The notes: generated from the letters alone by a model not told the origin. A stretch of DNA of 64,000 bases from a virus (IMGVR_UViG_3300019378_000951:152391-216390), one strand, 5' to 3'. Counted from the stretch's first letter, positions 30,889-41,783 are shown. Made by a program: numbers and translations.

Positions 30889-33800
30889 GTGTCATCATTA
30901 AGCTTCATTAAAAATAAAAATTATATCATAACCACATTACGAGCTACAACACAATTAAGCGATGAAGTTATAAAATCTGCAGCCCCAATAACTGCAGATA
31001 TTATATCTAAAAATACAAAATATGTAAATAATAAATTATCTAATATTGCTGGTCTTAATAAAAATAATGAATATTATAAAAGCTCTAAAGAATTAATTGA
31101 GGATAGTATTAATGCACTCAAAAATGATCCATATACAAAAGACCAATTTAACAAAACAATGACTAAAATTAAAAATTTTTCCACAAATAATAATTCTATT
31201 ATGGATTATATTACTGATACTGAAACAGCAACCGATATACGTAATATTCAAAATGAATCTAATGTATTTATGAAAAGTGATATAAAAACCACTTTATCAA
31301 TTATACATATCATTAATAATAATATATCAACAATACAAATTGAAAGACTATCTAAATCTGAAAACTACATATCTTATATTAACAAATTTAATCAAGATAA
31401 ATCAATTTATTATTATAATATGATAAATGAAGGTTTTAAAACTGCAATAGAGACTCTTACGAAATTAAAAGGCAGATTGTCGATAATATCAAAATTTGAA
31501 CAAGGTGTGTTTCAAGTAAATAATAAATATAATCAATTAAAAACTATTGTAAACACAATTGATATGTTTGGTAGTGATTATTATAAATCAAAAATGTTAG
31601 ATACTGAAGCTACTGAAGTTGCAAAAAACTTTATTACAGATAATGTACCTCCATTAATATCTAATATAGCAAATGTTATAAGTCAAATATTACCAGCTCC
31701 TATTAAAGAAGCATTGAATGAAACTGAATCATTATTAAAAATAACACCAGTTATATTAAATAAAAAATATGAATCAATGTTGGATAGTGATAATCATTTG
31801 CAATCAGCAATAGGTACTATGTTTCATAAAAAAATTAATTCTCAGTTATATGATAAAGGAAACATGAATTATGACGGTATAACTAGAAGGTCAATTTTAA
31901 ATGCAATACCTTCTGGCTTAGCTAAAATTTTAAATATTGTAAACGGTTTTAAAGACCCTTTAAAAGAAAAAGTTTTCGATTATGAGAAAAATATTTTTAT
32001 GACTGGAGAAACTATATATCAGCATGCCAAAGATGAATATGAATTTAATAGAAACAGATTAGATTCACCTATAAATGGATATAAAAATTTAGTAATATCT
32101 AAATTAAAAAAAGAAAAGCTTTTTAATACATCAATTAGTTCTGAAGTGGAAACTGCTATAGACAAAATTGTTAATGATAAATTGCTTCCATCAAAATTGG
32201 TTAAATTGTCTAACAACGATAAATTAAATGAAATAATGAGAGAATCATATATGGATTTATCTCCATATGAAAAAACTAGATTTATGCATTATGTATTTAA
32301 TATTGTAAAAACACCTGAAGAAATCATAGGTGAAAATGAATCATATCATAACGTGTTAGATACAATAGGGTTACAAGATATTATTCCTGAAAGAAAAATT
32401 GATTTTAAAAATGAATTATCTAATTATTTAATTGGTAAAAATTATAATGGTCTGGCTGCATATATAAATCAAAAACCCGATAGCGAAAATCCTTATGAGC
32501 CAGGAACAGCGTTGTATAGTGTTGTGTCAGGAATAAGATCTATTAACGTATTAATAACTGAATTACTTTTTGGAGTTCCTGACGGTAAAAAATCTGAATT
32601 GAGTATTATTGGTGAAAAAAGTTTAATGTTTGTAGGAAAGATTGCTGACAAGGCCGTAGATTCATATAGAACCTATATAAGCAGCGATAAGCGAGGGGCT
32701 AAATTATTAAAAGATATTAAAAACACAGGTATTGTTAAAGCAACTGCTGATTATTTAAAATTAGTATGGACAGAATTAAAAGAAAATGGCATTGGTAAAT
32801 GGACATATGAAACATTAATAACACCTATTGCTAATTTTGCTAAAACCCATGTTTTTGACAAGATGGCTGATGGGTATAAAACTTTAGTTGCAAATTTAAA
32901 ATCTAAAGCATCTAAACTTGACGATTCATCCCAACAAAATAAACATGTAATAAAGAAAAAAATAACACTAGAAAAAGTATATCAGATTAAAATTAAAAAA
33001 AGTATCAAAACGGTAGGAAAGTCTATTAAAGAAAATTTAGTAGATAATATTTTAAATCTTAATAATGACATAAAAAGTCTTAATCCTGCATTAAGTAATG
33101 AAGAATATGAAAAAAAATTACTAGATGTATTTGATACCAGTCTTTATATAAAATTAAAAGAAAAACAAAGAGAATATGATGAAAAACATAAGCATGATAA
33201 TAAAACTTTATTAACATTAACATCAGGTATAGTAAAAATTATGGGAATTGTAAAAAGTGTATATCGAGGTATAAAAGCTGCAAAAAATATGAGACCTGAT
33301 ATAGAAAAAAGAACTTTTTTTGAAAAAATGAAAGATATTATCGATCATGGTCGAGAAGAAAAAAGAAAACGTACTACAACTAAAACGCATATACTTAAAA
33401 ACGCAGCTACAATTGCATATAATATTGTAGACTTAAGATTGATTACTCCATTTAAAACTTTTATAAAAGTAATGAAAGAAAATAAAGAATCAATATGGAA
33501 TATTATAAAAAATACAATATCAATTGTTATTAATTTTTATACCAAATTTATGATTCCTATAAAGATGTTTAATTTTTATAAAAATCATGTATTAGGCGTG
33601 CAGTTATTCTTAGAAACTAAAAGATTTGCAATAAGTGTAAGAAAAAATATCATAAAAGAAGCGATAACTACTATTAAGGAAGCTGCTCGAATTAATAAGA
33701 ACTTTAAAAAAGTATATATGATAAATCCTGAATACGACCAAGTTGGTTTTGTTACTAAAAATTTTAATATAATTGGTGGATATTTAGACAATATATATGA

Positions 33801-36120
33801 AAAAATAGAAATCGATAAATACCTATCAGGATATGAAAAAGGTAAATTACATGCATTAAATGAAAAAGATGATGATGAAAAAGATACTAAAAAAGCTGAA
33901 ACAGTTATAGAAAAACACAAAAAAACAATAAAAGAGAGAATTAAGAAAAGACTTGATACAGTTACAGATTTTCTTAAAGATAAAGCATTAGGATCAGTGA
34001 AAAACGTATTTTCAGGAGTTGGAAGTTTTGCAAAAGGTATAACTGGAACATTATTTATGAAATTATTTAAAAATTCTAAAACAGAAGCAATTGTAAATAA
34101 AGTTAAAAATATATTTAAAGGTACAAAAACGGATATTAATGCTAGAATAGAACATGTATATGTAATTGGCGGTAATTTAACTGGAGGAGGAATAACTGGG
34201 ATATCGAATATCGGAACAGGTAAAATTGGAGACGCAGTTGAAAATAATACAAAAAATCTTGCCAATGGAAAAAAAGGAAAAATTAAATATATTGCCCTTA
34301 TAGGGGCTTACATTGCAGGAAGTGCATACGCCATGAAAACCTTAAATAAAAATGAAGATGAAAATGAAGATATTAAAGATGAAAAACAAGAGAGTATAGC
34401 TGAACCTGCGCCTACTAAACAACAAACAAACTCAAACGATCAATTAAATGAACAACCCACAGATCCGAATAAGTCTATTGAAATACCGTATAATAATACA
34501 ACATCAACTATCTCTTTAGAAAATAATGTAAATCTGAAATCTTCAATAATTGTTGACGAAGAAATTACTACAGATCAATTAAATCAATATATTGCTAATG
34601 GAAAAATAAAAATTCCTAATAATGAACAAGGAGCACAGTTAAAAGAAAAATCTGTTGCAAATGAAAATAGTATTAGCGCAACACAATTACAATTGAATTC
34701 ATCATTTTTTACATCATCAATGGTAAGTGTTAATAAATTAGTTAATATTGATGCTAGAGAGATGCGAAATTATTATGATGATAAGAGTTATAATGAAAAA
34801 ATCGAAAAAGAATTTACTAATAAATTAACTGCATCTGAACTCGAAGAATATAATGCAAATAAAAATGCAAGTTTACTTGCTGCAAAACTTCGTATGGGAG
34901 ATAAAAGCGTAATAGATACCTTAATGGGTAAAGAGTCATTAGGAGCATTAGCTAGAGGTGGATTATCACTAAAACAAGCTCAACGTTTAGTCGATGAGTA
35001 TGTTATGCAAAGTGGATTTACTAAAATAAAATATAATAATCATGCAGGTGATGGAGGTTATGCAAACTATGATTATTCAGATCCTAATGATGATGGTAAT
35101 TATGACGATGCACCCGGCGGTGGAATAGAACTAGGAGAAAACGACTTATTTGGTAGAGTATCTCAAAAATATGAAACCGGTACATCAGATTATACAGGGG
35201 CTGCAAAAATATCAAGTGGTAAAGGAGATTACGGTGGAGTATCCTATGGTATTCCTCAATTTTCTACTACGATGGGTTCAGCAAAATCATTTGCAAATTG
35301 GTTACAAACGACATATCCTAAATTTGGGCAACATCTTGCTGGATTATCCCCTGGAACAGAAGCATTTAATAGAGGATGGCGTAATGCATATAATACAGAC
35401 CCTCAAGGTTTTGCAAATGCACAAATTGCATATATAGTAAAAAACGAAACATTACCATTTATATCAAAAATATATAAAACAATGGGTGTAAATCTTAATT
35501 TAAATAGAGGTTTACAAGAATTAGCTCATTCAGTAGTAATTCAACATGGTTCAGGCGGAGGTCCAAGATTAATGAAAAATGCAGGAATTACTAGTGCTGA
35601 TGACCCTGCAACTATTATTAATAAATTATATGCCGAAAGAAGTAAAGTCCATATTTATTTTAAAAGTAGTAGTGGGGCCGTACAGAATAGTGTTAAGGAT
35701 CGTTTTGTAGATGAAAGAAGACATTGTTTAGAACTAGTAAATTCCCCAGCAATAGATTTACATGCATTAGTAAACGGAATGACCTCATCAATAAGTTCTG
35801 CTGACATGGATAAAACAAATTCAACAATGGAAAATTCAATTAATATGTTGAATAGCACACTTGAAAACGCAGTAGTTAATAAAGATAATATAAGAAATAT
35901 AATTAAAAATATTAAATCTATGCAAATATTGAAAGATGATCCGGAAGTTAAGCAATTAATAGAAATTATAGTTTTATTAGATAAAATGTCTAATAATTCA
36001 TCTAAATTAGCAAATGATGATAATATTATATTGAAATACTCTAACGAAATTTCAAATAATTCTAACAAAAAAATATTAAAAAATGTATTTATAGGAGGTT
36101 ATGAGGGGAAATTAGCTTAA
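30889..36120 (+). CDS. Giant tape-measure-like virion protein with C-terminal lysozyme-like (VgrG3-C-like) muramidase domain
   Basis: GRVSQKYETG...ISSGKGDYGGVSYGIPQF...VIQHG...LYAER...RF.DE; N-terminal motifs shared with the three upstream genes. Confidence 0.8.
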   Translation: MSSLSFIKNKNYIITTLRATTQLSDEVIKSAAPITADIISKNTKYVNNKLSNIAGLNKNNEYYKSSKELIEDSINALKNDPYTKDQFNKTMTKIKNFSTNNNSIMDYITDTETATDIRNIQNESNVFMKSDIKTTLSIIHIINNNISTIQIERLSKSENYISYINKFNQDKSIYYYNMINEGFKTAIETLTKLKGRLSIISKFEQGVFQVNNKYNQLKTIVNTIDMFGSDYYKSKMLDTEATEVAKNFITDNVPPLISNIANVISQILPAPIKEALNETESLLKITPVILNKKYESMLDSDNHLQSAIGTMFHKKINSQLYDKGNMNYDGITRRSILNAIPSGLAKILNIVNGFKDPLKEKVFDYEKNIFMTGETIYQHAKDEYEFNRNRLDSPINGYKNLVISKLKKEKLFNTSISSEVETAIDKIVNDKLLPSKLVKLSNNDKLNEIMRESYMDLSPYEKTRFMHYVFNIVKTPEEIIGENESYHNVLDTIGLQDIIPERKIDFKNELSNYLIGKNYNGLAAYINQKPDSENPYEPGTALYSVVSGIRSINVLITELLFGVPDGKKSELSIIGEKSLMFVGKIADKAVDSYRTYISSDKRGAKLLKDIKNTGIVKATADYLKLVWTELKENGIGKWTYETLITPIANFAKTHVFDKMADGYKTLVANLKSKASKLDDSSQQNKHVIKKKITLEKVYQIKIKKSIKTVGKSIKENLVDNILNLNNDIKSLNPALSNEEYEKKLLDVFDTSLYIKLKEKQREYDEKHKHDNKTLLTLTSGIVKIMGIVKSVYRGIKAAKNMRPDIEKRTFFEKMKDIIDHGREEKRKRTTTKTHILKNAATIAYNIVDLRLITPFKTFIKVMKENKESIWNIIKNTISIVINFYTKFMIPIKMFNFYKNHVLGVQLFLETKRFAISVRKNIIKEAITTIKEAARINKNFKKVYMINPEYDQVGFVTKNFNIIGGYLDNIYEKIEIDKYLSGYEKGKLHALNEKDDDEKDTKKAETVIEKHKKTIKERIKKRLDTVTDFLKDKALGSVKNVFSGVGSFAKGITGTLFMKLFKNSKTEAIVNKVKNIFKGTKTDINARIEHVYVIGGNLTGGGITGISNIGTGKIGDAVENNTKNLANGKKGKIKYIALIGAYIAGSAYAMKTLNKNEDENEDIKDEKQESIAEPAPTKQQTNSNDQLNEQPTDPNKSIEIPYNNTTSTISLENNVNLKSSIIVDEEITTDQLNQYIANGKIKIPNNEQGAQLKEKSVANENSISATQLQLNSSFFTSSMVSVNKLVNIDAREMRNYYDDKSYNEKIEKEFTNKLTASELEEYNANKNASLLAAKLRMGDKSVIDTLMGKESLGALARGGLSLKQAQRLVDEYVMQSGFTKIKYNNHAGDGGYANYDYSDPNDDGNYDDAPGGGIELGENDLFGRVSQKYETGTSDYTGAAKISSGKGDYGGVSYGIPQFSTTMGSAKSFANWLQTTYPKFGQHLAGLSPGTEAFNRGWRNAYNTDPQGFANAQIAYIVKNETLPFISKIYKTMGVNLNLNRGLQELAHSVVIQHGSGGGPRLMKNAGITSADDPATIINKLYAERSKVHIYFKSSSGAVQNSVKDRFVDERRHCLELVNSPAIDLHALVNGMTSSISSADMDKTNSTMENSINMLNSTLENAVVNKDNIRNIIKNIKSMQILKDDPEVKQLIEIIVLLDKMSNNSSKLANDDNIILKYSNEISNNSNKKILKNVFIGGYEGKLA

Positions 36121-36150
36121 TATTTCCCCTTAACTTCAGAAAGGGGAAAT

Positions 36151-39100
36151 ATGTCAAGAGCTGATAGAAATTCGAATGGATTTGGCTGTAAATTTGGAAA
36201 TAATTGTACTAAGTTTAATCCAAATAATATAGATGATGCTAGTCGTCTAAGACGAATTTTAGTAAATCTAACAGATCGCGAATTATTTTCGTGGGAATTA
36301 ATTCCAGAGCTATTCAGATTATTTAAATTGGAACACAATAAAATTGCAAGAATTTCAAATTACAATCAATTAACAAACGAATGGAAAAAACATTTTAAAG
36401 ACTATGTCATTATAAGAACATCCTGTAATAATGGAAGTTTATATAAAGACGCATATGATTATTATAATACTTTAAACTTACAAAAAAATAAAATTGCAAA
36501 TTATGACAATATAAAAATAGATGATAACACATTCTATTATAATTATGAAAATAAAGAAAATTTTATAGAAGAAGATAACAGTGAACCAATTAAATCATAT
36601 TTATCAAAAATGTATGCTGATGAAGTTAAAAATAATTTATCAGCTGTTCGAAAAGTATCTAACAGAGATAATGTAATAGATGATGACGGAGCGGGAACAA
36701 CTACTAAATCTAAATATATAGTTATGAGAGCTAAATCATCATATGAGCCTGGAGCTTTTACGTTTAATGCGGCACAATTTGAAACTGTTGCTAAACGAAT
36801 TAGAGATGGTTCTCTTACATCGACATGTACTACTAAAGATACTAAAATTACTGCAACAGAACCTAAAGCTAACACGAACTATTTAATGAATACTACATTT
36901 GACAATAAATGTAAATGTGGTAAATACCATATAAATACAGAAGCACATAAACTTTGGAATAGTGCAGCCGCTGGTAGTAAACCTAGATATAGTGTTGATG
37001 GCGAATGGATAAAATACAGATACACTGCTGAAGAAGAAGCAGATAATCAGCGTCATTTTTTAGCCAGCGATAGTTCTGGAACTAAGCTTAATGGACAAAA
37101 TACAGGTAAACAACCATCCGGTGGTGTTCCAAATGGATCGACACCCGAAACTCAAACAGGCGATGTTCCAAATGGATCGACACCCGAAACTCAAACAGGC
37201 GATGTTACTACTCAAATATCAAATTCGTCAGCCAGTGGGGCTGGTCCTGGTATGTACGGAATGCCGTCATCTGATGGGGGGAAAGATTTAGCTGTATTCG
37301 TTAATGCTGGTGGTAGTAGTGCTATTGACACTAATATTAATAACGGCTCAAATCAAATAGACGATTCAACAAATGCTGATATTGTTGATGGTGGTATACC
37401 TACCGGAGAGAACGGAACGGTTTCTGCTACTGTCGAGCCTACTATCGGTTTAGTCGGGAATTACGATAATAATAGTAATGCACCCGGTTCCGCAGCTGTA
37501 AGTCAAGGAAATAATACTAATAATAGTAATGCACCCGGTTCCGCAGCTGTAAGTCAAGGAAATAATGTTAACAACCAAAATCAAAATAGTACAATTCCTA
37601 ATGCCGCAGCTGTAAGTCAAAATAATGGAGGAGGAGGTGGTGGCGGTACCTCATCAGCAAGTAGCCATACTACAAAAACACTTACTCTTGCAGATGTAGA
37701 TAATGCGGCTGGTAAAAATGGTAAAACAATTTATGGTGATGATATAGGATCATTACCTAAAATTGAAATTCTACCAGGTTTTAGTGAGGCTGGCCACAAA
37801 CCTCCAATATTTGGAGTTCCGTTAATGTATAATCCAGTTTGCGACCCTAATGGAAGAATATATGCCGAAACAACAATGATGGATCTGCCTATTATTTATA
37901 TAGAACCAGGTAGAGGTAAATTAAATAATACGGTCGACGACCAAGAAACAATGGAAGCCTTACAAGATGCATATAAAGATCCTAGCGGAGGAGGAATTCA
38001 GACAGCTCGTACATCAGAAGACCTTAGAGCGTTATCTTTTGAAAATGCATTTTCTGAATTTATGGAATATTTTCAAAATATTTGTAGTATTGTATATGGT
38101 AATATGGGACTTGGTATATTTGACTGGAAAGATGGAGTATCTAGTAGCGGTGGTGCCTTAGATACAGTTAAAAGATTATTTTTAGATAGAAGTTTATTAT
38201 TCTTTGCAGACACTGCAACTTCCGTATCTGACGCTTTTAGTAACGAATTTTCAGATGCACCTCTTACTTCATCTATTAACAACTTTGGAGTATTGGTTAG
38301 AAATCTTAAAATGATGACAATCCAAAATGCAGTTGATGTTGCAAAAGATGACCTTGGAGACGGTATAGTTGGTAACTTCCAATCTAAAGGTGATACTGGT
38401 AAAAATAGATCTAATCTTGTGTCTATTCTAAATGATATAGTTAGTAAAGGCGCGACCATATTCAACGGATCTCAATTATTATTCCCTCAAGTATGGAATG
38501 ATTCAAGACATGATAGATCGTATAGTTTATCGTTTAAGTTCTTTTCTCCTTATGGAAATAAAGAAGCAATATTTCAAAAAGTCTATCTTCCAGTATTAGC
38601 TTTAATTACTTTAACATTACCTAGAATGGATGGTATTTCAGGTTATGCACAGCCATTTTATGTAAGAACTAATGCACCGGGTTACTCAGATTAGCTCGGT
38701 ATAAACTTCTTTAATTGCTGGGAAATCTCTATGAGACAATCAGCAGCCAATATCAGAGATGATAAGGTTCAACGACTATCGAAACCGATAATAAGGGAGT
38801 AGAGTACCGAAAGGGAAATGGGAAGCACTAGAAATAGTGAAGATATAGTCTGAACTATATAGCGATATATAGATTAACATTATTGTGGTTTGAATCTTCT
38901 ATAGGTGTTATTCAATCTCTTACAATAGAACGTGGAGGAGACGATCGTTTATGGAGTGTTGATAATATGCCGTTAGAAATAAATTGTACAGTAACCATAC
39001 AAGACATGTATTCTACAACTGCCTTAACTAAAAGCTCAAGATTAGTAGCATTTAATGCAGGACTTACTAGTTATTTGGATAATATGGCTGGTATACGTAC

Positions 39101-39236
39101 AGATAGATTAATTGACATGAGAAGAGTTACTGGTTGGTGGTCAAGTAAAGTATCGAGATTGCATTATAATCTTACTAGATTTCCGTTACTTTTAGCCGAT
39201 GGGTTTTATAGTATGATTGGTAATTTTCTAAATTAA
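36151..39236 (+). CDS. Virion structural (tail/baseplate-type) protein, two exons 36151..38682 and 38886..39236 (960 aa spliced)
   Basis: Splicing joins PFYVRTNAPG to WFESSIGVIQSLTIERG in frame. C-terminal FPQVWNDS...YSLSFKFFSPYG is typical of jumbo-phage tail/baseplate proteins. Confidence 0.78.
37126..37206 (+). repeat. 39-bp tandem direct repeat x2 (VPNGSTPETQTGD)
   Basis: gttccaaatggatcgacacccgaaactcaaacaggcgat duplicated exactly. Confidence 0.95.
37467..37566 (+). repeat. 51-bp-period direct repeat x2 (NNSNAPGSAAVSQGNN)
   Basis: taataatagtaatgcacccggttccgcagctgtaagtcaaggaaataat duplicated; partial third copy near 37603. Confidence 0.92.
38683..38885 (+). ncRNA. ORF-less group I intron, 203 nt
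   Basis: P1 accgggT| pairs with gctcggt (U-G at the splice site); P aattgctgggaa, Q aatcagcagcc, R gttcaacgactat, S gaagatatagtct; terminal G at 38885. Confidence 0.9.
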
Positions 39237-39275
39237 AATTATTTGTAACAATTTGATAATGGAGGAGGTAATTGT

Positions 39276-39875
39276 ATGAATGATTTAGATAAAAGAAAAT
39301 ATAATAAATTAGTAAATGCTGAATTAGTTGTAACAGTTACTGAAAATTCGGATACACGATTAATAATTGATATATACGTATCTGAAAACATAGAACCTTA
39401 TGTTAGACATAGAGACAGAAGAGGGCATAAAGGTAAATATGATCCATTATCAGAATATAAAATATATTTAGGAAATACTGTTAAAAAACAATTAAACGAT
39501 TTAGGAATACTTACACCATTAAACGGAGAATTATCATTACAAGTTAAATATTATAAGACTTTTAATAAAGACCATAGTCAAGTTTTTCGTTTGATGGCAT
39601 TGGCAAATGAAATAAGACCTACCGTTAAACCCGATAGTGATAATATATTAAAAACTATACAAGATGCATTTAACGAAAAAGTCTTTATTGATGATATTCA
39701 GATTAATAGCGTTAGCCTAGAAAAGTATTATTACAATGATCCACGAACTTATATAAGAATAATACAAAATAAAGTTAATAATTCTAATAGAAATTTATCT
39801 AAAGGCAAAAGATTAAACAAAAAATTACAAGAAGAATATGAAAACAAAATAAAAAATATTAACATAGGATTCTAG
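39276..39875 (+). CDS. rusA: RusA-family Holliday junction resolvase
   Basis: KPDSDNILKTIQDAFN...DDIQI catalytic pattern. Confidence 0.85.
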   Translation: MNDLDKRKYNKLVNAELVVTVTENSDTRLIIDIYVSENIEPYVRHRDRRGHKGKYDPLSEYKIYLGNTVKKQLNDLGILTPLNGELSLQVKYYKTFNKDHSQVFRLMALANEIRPTVKPDSDNILKTIQDAFNEKVFIDDIQINSVSLEKYYYNDPRTYIRIIQNKVNNSNRNLSKGKRLNKKLQEEYENKIKNINIGF

Positions 39876-39890
39876 GAGGTGTCCATTATT

Positions 39891-40349
39891 ATGGATTTAA
39901 CAGGAGATCAAGAAAAAAGATTAGATGAGTATATGACTATTAAAAAACATATTAAAGCATGTTTTAATATGGAAAAATTTGTAGAGATAATGAAAGAGGG
40001 AATAGATGCTGCAGAAGATTTTGATTTTAACAACCCTTATAACCGTAAATTTATAGATCCCAAGAGACCGATATTTATATTAAAAACACCGCTACTTGCA
40101 GGTATAGATATGAAAAAATTAGATCCAAAACAACAAGATGCTATAATAAACAAAGTTACAGCAGCATTAACTGAGCAAGTTGTTGGAAATATAGAAGAAA
40201 AAATGATGAAATGTTTATGTGATAAAGAAACCTATCATGAATTATGTGAAGTAGACAGAGACTTAGTTAATTTATGTATAACTAATGTATATAAAGTAAA
40301 AATAGATAATACTAAAGGGTTTGTTACTTTAGAATATTTCGACTTTTAA
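39891..40349 (+). CDS. Hypothetical protein
   Basis: ORF 39879..40349; the ATG at 39891 is correctly spaced from SD ggaggtg. Confidence 0.7.
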   Translation: MDLTGDQEKRLDEYMTIKKHIKACFNMEKFVEIMKEGIDAAEDFDFNNPYNRKFIDPKRPIFILKTPLLAGIDMKKLDPKQQDAIINKVTAALTEQVVGNIEEKMMKCLCDKETYHELCEVDRDLVNLCITNVYKVKIDNTKGFVTLEYFDF

Positions 40350-40382
40350 AACAAAAAAATTTATAAATGTATACTATAATTT

Positions 40383-40416
40383 TGAGAATGAGATAATAAT
40401 TATTATCTCATTCTCA
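40383..40416. repeat. Perfect 34-bp palindrome
   Basis: tgagaatgagataataa|ttattatctcattctca. Confidence 0.9.
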
Positions 40417-40445
40417 CATTTTAGTTAAATTCAGGAGGTACTAAA

Positions 40446-40646
40446 ATGAAAAAGAATAGCAATGAATGCATTTATAGAAACGTATGTTTTGGTTTTGGAA
40501 GCATATGTGCTGGATGCAAACATAAACATGATAATGTCATAAATGATGAGCTGTACAAAGCTTTAAAAGAAGAATATAATAAAGACAAAGAAGAAATTGA
40601 CGAAGACTTAAAAAATGACATTATAAAATCTAAACGTGAAAGATAA
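40446..40646 (+). CDS. Small Cys-containing hypothetical protein
   Basis: SD aggaggt; C-x5-C-x6-CxxC. Confidence 0.65.
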   Translation: MKKNSNECIYRNVCFGFGSICAGCKHKHDNVINDELYKALKEEYNKDKEEIDEDLKNDIIKSKRER

Positions 40647-40714
40647 ATTAAATTGCTATTCTAAAGATAAAACTCAAGTTAGAGTAAAAAATTAAATTAA
40701 ATGGAGATGACATA

Positions 40715-41023
40715 GTGATATTACAATTATTACAAAATTTAAATGACAGAGAAGAATTAGCTTTAATATTAATAAAAAAACTTCCTAATGAAACAGCAAT
40801 GAATATACCTCATGGAAAATTATGGATGGTAAGAAAAGATAAAAAACAATCATTCATAACAATAGTACAAGATCAAGTTGAAAAGACAATAGGTGTAGTT
40901 GTTAGAATTAACGATGGAAGTTCAACAACATTCAACCATACAGCTTCTTATACATTTAACGAAGATGATGACCAATTCTTTAACTTATTTGTATTAATAA
41001 ACAAAAACTGTTTGCTAAGATAA
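40715..41023 (+). CDS. Hypothetical protein
   Basis: 102-aa ORF, SD ggag. Confidence 0.65.
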   Translation: MILQLLQNLNDREELALILIKKLPNETAMNIPHGKLWMVRKDKKQSFITIVQDQVEKTIGVVVRINDGSSTTFNHTASYTFNEDDDQFFNLFVLINKNCLLR

Positions 41024-41100
41024 TTTTACAATTTTAAAATGCCATTAACAAATCAATACCAAGTATATAAAAAAATTATAATTAAATTGGAGGTAATTTT

Positions 41101-41775
41101 ATGAATAGAATAATGAGTTTAGTAAATGGAGAAAAAATGAGCATGACTAACGGTGGAGACATAATGGCAAGTAACTTAGTTCCAACAGTATTACAAAAAG
41201 ATCATAATGGAGAACGTGCATTTGACTTATATTCAAGAATGCTTAATGATAGAATAATATTTGTAGACGGAGAAGTTAATACAACAATGGCAAGTTTAGT
41301 AACAGCTCAATTATTATATCTTGACGCATTAGATTCAGAAGCTCCAATACAAATGTATATAAACAGTCCTGGTGGATCTGTAACATCAGGAATGGCAATA
41401 CATGATACAATGCAATATATATCTGCTCCAGTATCAACTATAGTAACTGGTATGGCAGCTTCAATGGGATGCTTCCTATTATCAGCAGGTGAACCAGGAA
41501 TGAGATATGCGTTACCAAATGCTGAGATAATGTGTCATCAACCATTAATAAGTGGTGGTGTAGGAGGTCAACAAACTGATATACAAATTACTGCAGATAA
41601 CTTATTAAAAACAAGAAACAAACTTGAAAAATTAATGGCTGAATATACAGGAGTAACACAAGAATTTATGAATATAGCTTGTGAAAGAGATAACTGGATG
41701 TCAGCTGAAGAAGCCGCTGCATTCGGAGGAAAAGGATTTGTAGATGAAGTTATTAAAAAGAAACCAAGATTTTAA
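41101..41775 (+). CDS. clpP: ATP-dependent Clp protease proteolytic subunit
   Basis: ERAFDLYSRML, YINSPGGSV, AASMG (Ser), MCHQP (His), ERDNWMSAEEA (Asp); alternative start at 41164. Confidence 0.97.
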   Translation: MNRIMSLVNGEKMSMTNGGDIMASNLVPTVLQKDHNGERAFDLYSRMLNDRIIFVDGEVNTTMASLVTAQLLYLDALDSEAPIQMYINSPGGSVTSGMAIHDTMQYISAPVSTIVTGMAASMGCFLLSAGEPGMRYALPNAEIMCHQPLISGGVGGQQTDIQITADNLLKTRNKLEKLMAEYTGVTQEFMNIACERDNWMSAEEAAAFGGKGFVDEVIKKKPRF

Positions 41776-41783
41776 TAAAATGA

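Noticed and set aside
35145-35740. Type VI secretion system suggested by the VgrG3-C-like domain
   Set aside because: Only the muramidase domain is present; no VgrG core or other T6SS genes, and the context is a phage structural operon.
37126-37566. CRISPR array or DGR template/variable repeat
   Set aside because: Repeats are in-frame tandem duplications without unique spacers or A-specific mismatches; no cas or RT gene in the window.
38883-39236. Stand-alone 117-aa gene; likewise stand-alone 53843..54397
   Set aside because: Each apparent start codon ends at the intron's terminal G, so these are second exons.
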